Below the pieces are notes generated by a model. The model did not search any database, was not told the origin of the DNA, and saw nothing but the letters and a program-made list of their open reading frames with translations. This document shows positions 13,241-24,554 of a stretch of 64,000 bases of DNA, piece by piece. The translations under genes and the position numbers were made by a program. Location of the stretch: the NCBI RefSeq assembly GCF_006345805.1, contig NC_043001.1, positions 101,494,001-101,558,000 on the forward strand, read 5' to 3'. The DNA is from Octopus sinensis (taxonomy: Eukaryota). The number at the start of each line of letters is the position of its first letter. The stretch's first letter is position 1.

Positions 13241-13834
13241 TTCTTTTGATCTGACAGCTATCATATTTTACACAATATATTCTCTGTTCTTTCAAAGACC
13301 ACCACAGTCTGTTGAGTCGGTGCCTATCTGCTAGTTTCTATGGCGATCCTTTATCTCTTTAGTTTGTTTAAAACATTTAGAGCCAAAGCCATGCTGGAGC
13401 ACTAACCGTCAGTGTGAGAGCAAAAAACAAATATCCACTTGGATAAGATGCCAATATGTCAGATAAATTCTTCGATGAGAAGCATTTGAAACAACTTTGG
13501 TGATGTAATCCTTGCCACCTGTGGTTGAATAACTGCCCCTTGATTGTGCTGTCTCATTACAGCTCAGAAAACTGAAATGGAACTTACAACCTCAACATAA
13601 TGCAAGTGACAGGATTTGAACATTCAAACTGTCCGTTATCCTCTCAACAAAATTCTCCAAACTTTACCTCCGATATATCATTAAAACTTTCATCCTCATC
13701 ATCATCATCATCATCATCGTCCCCACCACCACCATCATCAGCAGCAGCACCATCCTCGCTGCTACTGCCACCACCATCGTCATCATCACCACCACCGCCG
13801 TCACCACCAAAACCACCACCACCATCACCACCAC

Positions 13835-14190
13835 CACTTTCAATCTTTCCAGTCATCCTTAAATTCTCCAGGCCAAATTCTTCATCACAGGATTGAGAAA
13901 TCTCAGTTGCTTGGCCCTGATCTCATAAAGCAGTTTCCTATTTACCACAGCCTAGCTCATCACCTCTTCATTACACACTTTGTCCATGCTATCCTCAATA
14001 TTCTCCTGAAGAACCAGATTTCCCTGCTCTCCAAGCACCTTCTCGTTTCTGATGTTAAAGACCATGTCTCACTGCCATACATTAACACAATGTAGATAGA
14101 CCAGTTCAATATACGGATCTTGGTCTTGATCCTCAGAGTATGGTTTCTCATGATGTTATACCATTTTGTGAATGCAGACTTAGCCCAAGG
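13835..14190 (-). pseudogene. RTE-clade LINE ORF2 C-terminal fragment
   Basis: AKSAFTKW...RIKTKIRILNWSIYIVLMYGSETWSLTSETRRCLESREIWFFRRILRIAWT...MTGKIES matches the RTE post-RT pattern (LLYGSETW, W-F-x-R-R-I-L-R-I-x-W, TGKIEG). Confidence 0.8.
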
Positions 14191-14406
14191 GTGGGGTTCT
14201 AAAAGAATACCTTCCCGTATCCTCTGTGTGTTGTAAAAGGCAACTGAAAGGAGAATCCCAGCAACAGCAGGGGGAAGAATGCTGTTTGGGTAGCAGCAAT
14301 GGAATCATTAAAAACAGCATTTCCCCAAGGACATTGCTGTGACAGGGCAAGTTTAGACTGCCTTTAGATAGACCTAGCCATGCCCTGCACTAGGCAACAG
14401 CAGCAG

Positions 14407-14990
14407 TGGAGGTGCAATGGCCCAGTGGTTTGGGCAGCAGACTCACGGTCGGAGGATCGCGGTTTCAATTCCCAGACCGGGTGTTGTGTGTGTTTATTGA
14501 GCGAAAACACCTAAAGCTCCATGATGCTCCGGCTGGAGGTGGTGGCAACTCCTGTTGTACTCTTTCGCCCCAACTTTCTCTCACTCTTTCTTCCTGTTTC
14601 TTGTCCCCAACTTCCTATGCAACCGCTGAGCCTGCATGCGCATTCAGCCATCCATCGATGCTCTTGGTGTCAGGGATTGACCTGTTTTCTCTTCTGTGGG
14701 TCTTACAAATAGCAAAGGACCACGTTTCGGACTTCTTCCATCTTGCGAGCTCTGGGACGAAGACCATTCGCTCAACAGCAACAGCAACAGCAGCAGCAGC
14801 AGTGCAGCACAAGTATCTCGGTTGATGATGCTTGAGTGATGAACACCTGCAAATCTTAATTAAACAGTAGGTGTTCTGGTGAGCCTAGATACGGCCATCA
14901 CACTGTGGTGAAGAAGGCGACAGGAAACCACTTCACAACTTTACAATTCTCAAGAACAATCATGGATTGTTGCAGTTCATTCATCTCCAG
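14407..14990 (+). mobile_element. tRNA-headed SINE, family D (head resembles octopus tRNA-Arg-derived OR-type SINEs, from recall)
   Basis: ggaggtgcaatggcccagtgg (A box)...ggtttcaattccc (B box). The downstream gaaggcgacaggaaaccacttc...catggat resembles RTE/Bov-A-like terminal motifs. The 3' boundary is uncertain. Confidence 0.6.
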
Positions 14991-15410
14991 GCCTCTTAAA
15001 CAAAACCAAAAGTATGTAATAGAAACTGTATTATGTAAAACATCGACAGAACACTGCAGGAATCACTTGTGATGACATGACATTAAACATCAACTTGACG
15101 CCTTGAATCAAGAAACAATTGCTTTTTCACATGCACAGTTCAAACTGAACAATAGATTGGCCATTTCTTTCAGTTGATAATCGCATTTAGAAATTGTAAA
15201 ACCATTCATAATCAAAGTGACTGATGATGAATAAATTAAACAATGAATTGACTAATGACAAACTCGCTGTTGACAAATTGCAATACCAAATTGCCCAAAG
15301 ACTATATGTGTGGTATGCGATTGGTGTGCGTATATGTCTATACATATGTACATACATGCATGCATAGATATATGCCTGTATGTATGCATGTGTGTGTGTA
15401 CGTGTGTTTG

Positions 15411-15448
<38 letters not shown>

Positions 15449-15555
15449 AATATATATCAGTTCAGCAAAATTTAGATTCAGATGAATATGGTACTTAAGT
15501 TTAAGGCACCAGAATTTTGTATGGTATTATCCATATAAATCAAATGGTGTGATTA

Positions 15556-15768
15556 TAATCAAAATAAGCAACAAGGATTTCCAAGGTAATGTAGTACAAT
15601 CAGTTCATGCTACTACCTTTTATTAACCACTGTAAGTATTACATGAGTTTTAAAATGTCGAGCAATCTATATGTGGCTGAAGATTGCTCGACATTTTAAA
15701 ACTGATGTAAGTAGCATGAAACAATTGTACTACTCTACCTTGGATATCCTTGTTGCTTATTTTGATAT
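15556..15768. repeat. Foldback element with a perfect 22-bp inner stem
   Basis: gttttaaaatgtcgagcaatct (15647-15668) and agattgctcgacattttaaaac (15681-15702). Outer arms caaaataagcaacaagga...gtagtacaat and attgtactac...tccttgttgcttattttg. Confidence 0.85.
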
Positions 15769-15784
15769 ATATATATATATATAT

Positions 15785-15880
<96 letters not shown>

Positions 15881-16295
15881 GCATACATACATTTATTATC
15901 ACAAACAAGAGCAATAGTCAATACGTGAAGTTGAATTTACTTATTTAGAAAACAATATTTCTGCTTATCAGTCCTCTGAAGTTTGTTCTGTTGACAAAAA
16001 AATCGATCCTTTGTAGACAAAAGTTCTTTAGTTACCATCAACCCATACAACACGATCTCTGTGTTGTTTACCACTTCCTCAACCTCCGTATCAGTCTTTA
16101 TCATAGAATCTTCAACCTTCTCCGTGTAGCTTAACTTGTTTTTCCTATCAATTCTTACACATTCACAAGAGAGATCTATGACTAAGTTATGAAGAGGCTA
16201 TGGGCAAAAGAATGGCTCCCAAATGAGACAACTTGTTGGCAATGTTGAGTTCCACACCGTTTACTGATTCCATCCCAGAGCTATATTCTTTTATT

Positions 16296-16488
16296 CGTTT
16301 CAGTGCCAAGTTAGAGCACCACCTTTAGTCGAACAAATTGACCACAGGACTTATTCTTTGTAAGCCTAGTACTTATTCTATTAGTCTCTTGCTGAACCAC
16401 TAAGTTACAGGGATGTAAACACACAAACATTGGTTGTCAAGTGATGGAGGAAGAACAAACACAGACACACAAATATACACACACACAT

Positions 16489-16520
<32 letters not shown>

Positions 16521-16556
16521 TATATATATATATATATATATAGATAGATAGATAGT

Positions 16557-16590
<34 letters not shown>

Positions 16591-16745
16591 TGACAGGCTT
16601 CTTTCAGTTTTTATCTACCAAATCCACTAACAAGGCTTTGGTCTGCCCAAGGCTATAGTAGAAAACATTTGACCTAGGTGCCATGCAGTGAGACTGAACC
16701 TGGAGTCATGAGGTTGGGAAGCAAGCTTGTTACCACACAGCCATG
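16296..16745 (-). mobile_element. SINE family A copy with an expanded internal (CA)/(TA)/(GATA) microsatellite
   Basis: Same head and 3' part as 17591-18008. Confidence 0.85.
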
Positions 16746-16756
16746 TCTGGCAGAAA

Positions 16757-17148
16757 TGGTGGTGAGCTGGCAGAATCGTTAGCACACTGGGCGAAATGCT
16801 TGGTGGTATTTCATCTGCCATTACATTCTGAGCTCCCATTCCACCGAGGTCGACTTTGCCTTTCAATCCTTTTGGGGTCGATTAAATAAGAACTACTTAC
16901 GCACTGGGGTCAATGTAATCGACTTAATCCCTTTGTCTGTCCTTGTTTGTCCCCTCTCTCTTTATCCCTTGGTGGGTGGGCAATAAAGAAATATATATGG
17001 TTGGTGTTAGGAAGGGCATCCAGCTGTAGAAACACTGCCAGATCTGACTGGCCTGGTGCAGCCTTCGGGCTCTCCAGACCCCAGTTGAACCGTCCAACCC
17101 ATGCTAGCATGGAAAGCAGACGTTAAACGATGATGATGATGATGATGA
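16757..17148 (+). mobile_element. SINE family B (16757-~16990) directly followed by an RTE 3'-end fragment (16998-17148)
   Basis: ggtgagctggcagaatcgttagc...gaggtcgactttgcc, then gttaggaagggcatccagctgtag...catgctagcatgg...(GAT)n. Confidence 0.85.
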
Positions 17149-17590
17149 TTTTGCAGACTCACTCGGTGCCATTATTCTCTTATATACAGATCTAAGTTCT
17201 TACCCATCCTTTGTCGATTCCTTTCACCTTCTTCATCTCTGATACGTCTCTCACTTTCCTTCAAATTAGTGTCCCCATCAACCTTCTCTCCTTCCCCCCT
17301 CTCCACTTCTACTGTTTTCAAACTCCTAACAGTTTCCACTCTTTGGCTTCCTTCTTCTCACCCCTTCCGCCCAAATCATGCCATCCCTGATCCCGGTTTC
17401 TCTGTCCCCCATCTCATCTGTAGCTGTTATTATGACGTTGAATCTGGAAACCTGTTTCCATATTCGACATGGTTACCAAGCCCTCTGTTTTTATTGATTA
17501 AGCTGCCCCTGTCAGATGCCATTTACCACTCTGAGGTTCAGTGGGTTGTCATAACTAATTACTAGCACTGCATATAATACGTGCATGTGT

Positions 17591-18008
17591 ACTCTTTTAC
17601 TCTTTTACTCTTTTACTTGTTTCAGACATTTGACTGTGGCCATGCTGGAGCACCGCCTTTAGTCGAGCAAATAGACCCCAGGACTTATTCTTTGTAAACC
17701 CAGTACTTATTCTATCGGTCTCTTTTTGCCGAACCGCTAAGTGACGGGGACGTAAACACACCAGCATCGGTTGTCAAGCAATGCTAGGGGGACAAACACA
17801 GACACACAAACATACACACACATACATATATATATATACATATATACGACAGGCTTCTTTCAGTTTCCGTCTACCAAATCCACTCAAAGGCATTGGTCGG
17901 CCCAAGGCTATAGCAGAAGACACTTGCCCGAGGTGCCACGCAGTGGGACTGAACCCGGAACCATGTGGTTGGTTAGCAAGCTACTTACCACACAGCCACT
18001 CCTGTGTC
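17591..18008 (-). mobile_element. Young SINE family A copy
   Basis: Complete head, body and (AAAAGAGT)n tail on the minus strand, with CpGs retained. Confidence 0.9.
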
Positions 18009-18184
18009 TTTTATCGTTATTTTTTTTCTTTTTGTTTCAGTCATTAGACTGCGACCATACTGGGGCACTGCCTTGAAGAACTTTTAATCAGATGAACTAA
18101 CTGCAGTGCCTATAGTGTTTTAAACCTAGTACTTATTCTACTGAGACTCTTTTGCCAAATCACTAAGTTACAGGGACATAAACA

Positions 18185-18353
18185 GGCGCAGGAGTGGCTG
18201 TGTGGTAAGTAGCTCGCTTACCAACCACATGTTTCCGGGTTCAGTCCCACTGCGTGGCATCTTGGGCAGGTGTCTTCTGCTATAGCCTCGGGCTGACCAA
18301 TGCCTTGTGAGTGGATTTGGTAGATGGAAACTGAAAGAAGCCTGTCGTATATA

Positions 18354-18407
<54 letters not shown>

Positions 18408-18627
18408 GTTTGTGTGTCTGTGTTTGTCCCCCCACCATCGCTTGACAACCGATGCTGGTGTGTTTACGTCCCCGTCACTTAGCGGTTCGGCAAAAAGAGA
18501 CCGATAGAATAAGTACTGGGCTTACAAAGAATAAGTCCCGGGGTCGATTTGCTCGACTAAAGGTGGTGCTCCAGCATGGCCGCAGTCACATGACTGAAAC
18601 AAGTAAAAGAGTAAAAGAGTAAAGAGT
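18185..18627 (+). mobile_element. Young full-length SINE family A copy
   Basis: ggcgcaggagtggctgtgtggtaag (A box), gggttcagtccc (B box), cttgggcaggtgtcttctgctatagcc, internal (TA)(TG), tail gtaaaagagtaaaagagt. Confidence 0.9.
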
Positions 18628-18929
18628 ATACCAGCACTGGTTGTCAAGCAGTGGCAGAGGCCAGACACAGACACAAACATACACACAAACACGTGAACAC
18701 AAACACACACACACACACATGTATATTTCACTAAGGCCTTATGAGACTAATAACCTGATATAGAACTGAATATACGGATATTTCAGAAGAAAATGTTAGA
18801 CGAGTATAGAGCAGTAAAAAGAAAAAGAGGTGACACAAGAAAAACGATGGTTGTGTAATGCACTTCATTAGCTTGCAGTTGTTTCTGCTATAAGACACAC
18901 CGCTGGACTGGCTCCTGTGCAGGTGACAC

Positions 18930-19177
18930 ATAAAAAGCACCATTTGAGCGTGGCCGTTGCCAGTGCTGCCTGACTGGCCCTCGTGCTGGTGGCACGTAAA
19001 AGCACCCACTACACTTTTGGAGTGGTTGGCGTTAGGAAGGGCATCCAGCTGTAGAAACTCTGCCAGATCAGATTGGAGTAAGGCGCAACCATCTGGTTTG
19101 CCAGTCCTCAGTCAAATCGTCCAACACATGCTAGCATGGGAAGTGGACGTTAAACAATGATGATGATGATGATGATG
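18930..19177 (+). mobile_element. 5'-truncated copy of the RTE 3' end
   Basis: gcacccactacacttttggagtggttggcgttaggaagggcatccagctgtagaaac...catgctagcatgg...(GAT)n. Confidence 0.9.
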
Positions 19178-19926
19178 GGCTCATAGTTGGGTGCCTGAAT
19201 AACACCCTCCAGCTTTGTCAGAGCCTTGAATATGCAGTGCAATTTATTTGGGAGAAAAGAATTTCATTTGTGCAATATACAGGGAAGGCAATAACAGTGA
19301 GGAAATCGTTATTGATGTTTTTAAGAAATAGTGTAAGTCCAAAAAGCAATGGGCTTCTTTCAGTTTCAGTCTTGCAAATCTATTGACAAGGTTTTGGTTG
19401 GCTCAAGTCTATAACAGAAGACACTGATCTGAGGTGCCATGAAGAGAGACTCAACTGACAACCATGTGGTTAGGAATCAAACTTCTTACCACACAGCTAC
19501 ACCTATATGAGAATATGAATAAAAATAGCAGGGACAGCAGGGTGGTAGTGGTGGGGATGTGGCTATGGAGCTTGTTTTGCAATCCTATAGCTTTAGGTTC
19601 AGTTCCACTGCATAGCATCTTGAGCAAGTATCTCCTACTTAAGCCCTGGCCAGCCAAAGCCTTGAGAGAGAGGATTTGTTTGGTAGAAACTGAAAGAAGC
19701 TTCTCGTGGGTGTGTGTGTGTGTGTGTGTGTCTGGTTAAAAAACCTACTTCACAAGCACATTATTATGGATATGAGTCCACCGTAGGGCATTCGGGAAAA
19801 GAACTTTCTGTAACAGATTCAATACGGCAAAATGAAATTGGTAGAAGGAAACTTTGAGAGTCAACCACACATATACACACTAACACACACAACACACACA
19901 CCACACACACACACATTTATATATAA

Positions 19927-19980
<54 letters not shown>

Positions 19981-20051
19981 GTATGTAGTATAATACATAT
20001 TATGCATATATATATATAATTGTAAATATGTAAATGTATATATATGTATGG

Positions 20052-20084
<33 letters not shown>

Positions 20085-20263
20085 ATATATATATATATAT
20101 ATTATATATATATATATATATCTATATATTATATATTATATATATATATAAATTAGAAAAAAACCACTTTTATCAATTCAATAATGAAAAATTAAATTAT
20201 ACCAATTTTTATCATAACGTGATATTGAAACAGTAAGTTTGGAATAATATTCCCTCATATTAT

Positions 20264-20302
<39 letters not shown>

Positions 20303-20599
20303 ATATTTCGTTTTTAGATTTGGCTTGCAAGATTCTTTATATGAGTTCGTTTGTTGAAGCATATTCTGTTGTGTCATTTTCTTTTTGTGCCTTATAATAT
20401 AACACACTCACCGGTAAAATTTCCACTTTTTTCTTATTTTTATTTTGCTAAAATTTTCGTTTTGTCTTGCAACCTTTTCAATAGTTTTCAAAAGTATATA
20501 TATATATATATAAATACTTCATTTTTGTATTTAGTTTGCCAGATATTCTTGATGTGAATTCGTGTGTTGAAACAAATCTTGATGTGTGTAGGGAGGGTC

Positions 20600-20788
20600 A
20601 TTTATACCAAGGGGGCCAGTCGATTAGAATGACACAAGTATGCAACTGATATTTAGTATATTGACCCCTGAAAGGATGAAAGGCAAAGTCGTCCTCGGTA
20701 GAATTTAAACTTGGAATGTAAAGACAGACGAAATACTGCTAAGCATTTTGCCTGGCATGCTAACGAATCTGCCAGCTTGCTGCCTTAT
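20600..20788 (-). mobile_element. SINE family B copy
   Basis: gaaaggatgaaaggcaaagtcg...ctaagcattttgcctggcatgctaacgaatctgccagctt is the reverse complement of the family B head. Confidence 0.8.
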
Positions 20789-20791
20789 TTA

Positions 20792-21088
20792 CACCAATAA
20801 TAATAACACATGCACTGGTTCGATATCACTTCTTTATTGTTAGTCAATTGGTTAAACATCTAGCCAACTAATTAATTGATTAAACAATCAATCAATCATT
20901 TCTTTGTAATTGAAAGTCCTGTTGTTGCTATTCAATGACCTCATCAATGATTTGCCCTCTCTCTTCAAGGTCTGCCATTAAACCAGCACATTAAACAAAT
21001 GACCAATTACTTGGTTAGTTAGATATATAATCAATTGACTAACAGTGAAGACTTGATATTGAAACCAGTGCATGTGTTATTATTGGTG
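20792..21088. mobile_element. Tc1/mariner-type MITE with ~80-bp TIRs and a TA TSD
   Basis: TA|caccaataataataacacatgcactggtttcgatatc... and ...gatattgaaaccagtgcatgtgttattattggtg|TA; TA at 20790-20791 and 21089-21090. Confidence 0.85.
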
Positions 21089-21289
21089 TAATGACCTTCC
21101 CAAGAAACATATATATATATATATATATATATATAACTTTGATAGCTTTGATAGGTTTTGGCCAGTATAGGCCCAGGCCATGTCTAACTCAATAACACCA
21201 CCTGGTGGAGTCTTTTAGTCATATATGGGGTATCATGGCCCCCTCTAGCAAAGAGTTATTATTGTTGGAGACATATCTGGGTGTAAGAG

Positions 21290-21430
21290 GTTCGTCCAGG
21301 ATTTTTTTAAACTAGTCCAGTGAACATTTGAATTTTATGGGATCCGTTTTTGTTTTGACATATTTTGGTATGGTATTAAAGAGAGCTGGACTGGTTGAGG
21401 TTAAGTAATTGTTACGTAATGTTGCTATGT
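21290..21430 (-). pseudogene. CR1-like LINE ORF2 C-terminal remnant
   Basis: RNNYLTSTSPALFNTIPKYVKTKTDPIKFKCSLD resembles the GP-x-LFN-x-LP...FK-x-x-LD end of CR1-type ORF2 and parallels the relic at 37380-37830. Confidence 0.5.
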
Positions 21431-21556
21431 GTACCAATGAATATATATATCTATATATATATATATATTTATTATATATATATATAATATATATATTTAT
21501 ATGCATATATATATACACACACTTATATATATACATATCTATATATGTATATATAT

Positions 21557-24554
21557 CTAGGCAGATCTGGCGAGATAGTTGAATTGCTTGAACGGAGGTG
21601 GGTTGATATATGCTGCATTCAAGAAGTGAGGTGGAGAGGAGGTTCTGCTAGGTTCCTCACAGGCAAAGGACAGAGGTACAAGATTTTCTGGGCTGGGAAT
21701 ACTGACGGAGTCGGGGGTGTGGGCATGCTTATCGCCGAAAAATGGGTAGATAAGGTAATCGAGGTAGTCAGAGTAAGTGACAGAATAATTAAGATAGATT
21801 AGTGCTCCATCATAGTTTAGCAACTATTATATCGGCCTATGCCCCTCAGCCAGGGCTACCTGATGGACAGAAAGACTGTTTCTATGACACCTACTGCAGA
21901 CCTCATCATTGACGAACGACAGGGACCTCTCTTTGTGGCTGGTGACTTCAATGGGCATGTGGACGATGTGCTGGGGGCTTCCATGGCGTGCATGGAGGCT
22001 ACGGTATGGTTCCCGCAACGAGGAGGGAACCAGGGCTGCTGGAGTTCTGCGATGCGAATAGTCTTATGATTTGCAACACTAACTTCAGGAAACCGACAAG
22101 CCACCTGGTCACCTACCGATCGGGCCGGCATACTAGCCAAATCGACTACATCCTTGCCAGAAAAAGGGAAAGATGGCTGCTTATAAATGCCAAAACCTTC
22201 CCAGGTGAAGAATGCACCCCACAACATAGACTGGTAGGTAGTAGTGACTTTAGGATCAGGACTAAGAGGGCGACTAGAAGACGACCAACATGGAGAAGAA
22301 GGGTCTGGAAGCTTAAAGACCCTGCGAATGGACAGAGATTTAGAGATTGTTATTGAAGCCTTAGACGAAATGGAAGGGAGTATAGCTACGCATGGGGTAG
22401 AAGACAACTGGACGCTTCTGAGGGACAACCTGCTGAAAGCCGCTGACCAGATCTGTGGCTGGGTGCAAAGTCCCCTTAAGACCCAAAATAACGTGGGTGG
22501 TGGAACAATATTGTTGACAGGGCTATTAGACAAAAGAAACAGGCTTGGAAGGCCTGGAAGAACGGTGGTAGCAGGGAAGTGTATCAGTCTGCAGAAGGGA
22601 AGCCAGGAGACAGGTCTATCTAGCCAGAGGGGAGGCAGATAAGGAAAAATTTGCCAATGTTCTGCGTCGTGAGGATGAAAGACTTGAGGTATTTCGTGTT
22701 GCAAGACAGTGTGTGAGAGAGAATCGTGACGTGGTAGGAGAGAAATGTGTTCGCAAGGATGACGGTTCACTTGCGCTTAATGAGGATGCAAAGAGAGAGG
22801 CTGGAGACACCACTATGATAGGTTGCTGAATGAAGAAAATGAATGGGATAAAGAGAGTCTGCCGAATGTCGACCCAACAGAGGGACCAGCAATCCGAGTT
22901 AACAGTTCCTTAGTAGATAAGGCAATTAGAAGCATGAAAACAGGGAAAGCCCCAGGCCCATCAGGAATTACTGCAGAGATGCTCAAAATATCTGGTGGTG
23001 TCGGCTATAGCTTAGTAGTCACCCGTATAGTTAACCAGGTGATACACGAGGGGTCATACCCAATGACTGGTGTAGCAGCATAATAGTCAACTGCTACAAA
23101 GGTAAAGGCGACGCCCTGAGACAAATAACTACAGGGGCATCAAGCTGCTGGATCAGGTGTAATGAAGGTTACGGAGAGGGTTATAGCCCAACTAATTAGA
23201 GAGAGAGTTAGCTTAGACGATATGCAGTTTGTGTTCGTGCCAGGAAAAGTACTACTGATGCTATATTCCTGGTAAGACAGCTGCAGGAGAAATACCTAGC
23301 CAAAGATAAGCCCTTGTACCTGGCTTTTTTGTTGGATTGGAGAAAGCCTTTGACAGGGTCCCCGATCCCTTATCTGGTGGTCAATGAGGAAACTAGGGAT
23401 AGAAGAATGGTTGGTGAGAGCTGTGCAAGCCATGTACAGAGACGCTGCTAGTAAGGTGAGGGTTGGCAACGAGTACAGTGAAGAATTCCGGGATAGGGTT
23501 GGGGTCCACCAAGGTTCAGTCCTCAGTCCCCTCCTATTTATCATAGTCCTCCAGGCAATAACGGAGGAATTCAAGACAGGTTGCCCCTGGGAGCTCCTCT
23601 ATGCTGATGACCTTGCTCTAATTGCTGAGTCACTATCAGAACTGGAGGAGAAGTTCAGGTGTGGAAACAAGGATTAGAATCGAAGGGCCTTAGAATCAAC
23701 CTAGCCAAACCAAAGTCCTAATAAGTAGGAAGGTAGATCAATCACATACGCCTTCAGGTAGATGGCCCCGCTCGATCTGTAAAAAGGTGTAGGTAGAAAC
23801 TCTAAAGATGCACCAAGTGTAAGCTATGGACACATAAGAGGTGCAGCAATGTCAAAGGAAGGCTAACTAGGAAAATAGTTTTTGTCTGTGGCAAATGCTC
23901 AGGAGCAAAAACACTGGAAATGTGCAGAGACCAACTTCTGCCACGTTCAGGGAGACAAACTAGAAGTAGTTGATAGCTTCCGCTACCTAGGAGACCAGTC
24001 AGTAGCGGGGGGTGGGTGTGCTGAAAGTGTAACTGCTAGAGTAAGAATAGCCTGGGCAAAGTTTAGAGAGCTCTTACCCCTGCTGGTGACAAAAGGCCTC
24101 TCGCTCAGAGTAAAGGCAGATTGTATGATGCATGTGTACGTACAGCCATGCTACATGGTAGTGAAAACATGGGCCGTGACTGCTGAGGATATGCGTAAGC
24201 TCGCAAGAAATGAAGCCAGTATGCTCCGATGGATGTGTAATGTCAGTGTTCATAATCGTCAGAGTGTAAGTTCCTTGAGAGAAAAGTTGAACCTAAGAAG
24301 CGTCAGTTTGGTGTGTGCAAGAGAGACGTTTGCGCTGGTATGGTCATGTGATGAGAATGGCTGAAGATAGTTGTGTGCAAAAGTGCTACACCTAGCAGTT
24401 GAGGGAACTGTGGAAGAGGTAGACCCACGAAAACCTGGCGATGGTGGTGAAGCACGACCTTCGAACTTTAGGTCTCACTAAGGAAATGTCTAGAGACCGA
24501 GACCTATGGAAGTATGCTGTGCGTGAGAAGACCCGGCAGACTAGTCAGCCATAA
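21557..24554 (+). pseudogene. RTE ORF2 (AP endonuclease + reverse transcriptase + PHD-like finger), broken by many frameshifts
   Basis: EN motifs CIQEVRW, AGDFNGHV, SQIDYIL and HRLV. RT motifs KAPGPSG, EKAFDRVP, GVHQGSVLSPLLF and YADD (23600-23611). Then EVVDSFRYLG and GRGRP, with the stop TAA at 24552-24554. Confidence 0.93.

Noticed and set aside
14407-14485. tRNA gene (also the heads of SINE families A-C)
   Set aside because: A and B boxes are present but there is no complete cloverleaf or Pol III terminator, and the heads continue into SINE bodies.
14718-14750. Minus-strand cgcaagatggaagaagtccgaaacgtg as a hammerhead
   Set aside because: CUGANGA has two mismatches, position 17 is G, and there is no helix I.
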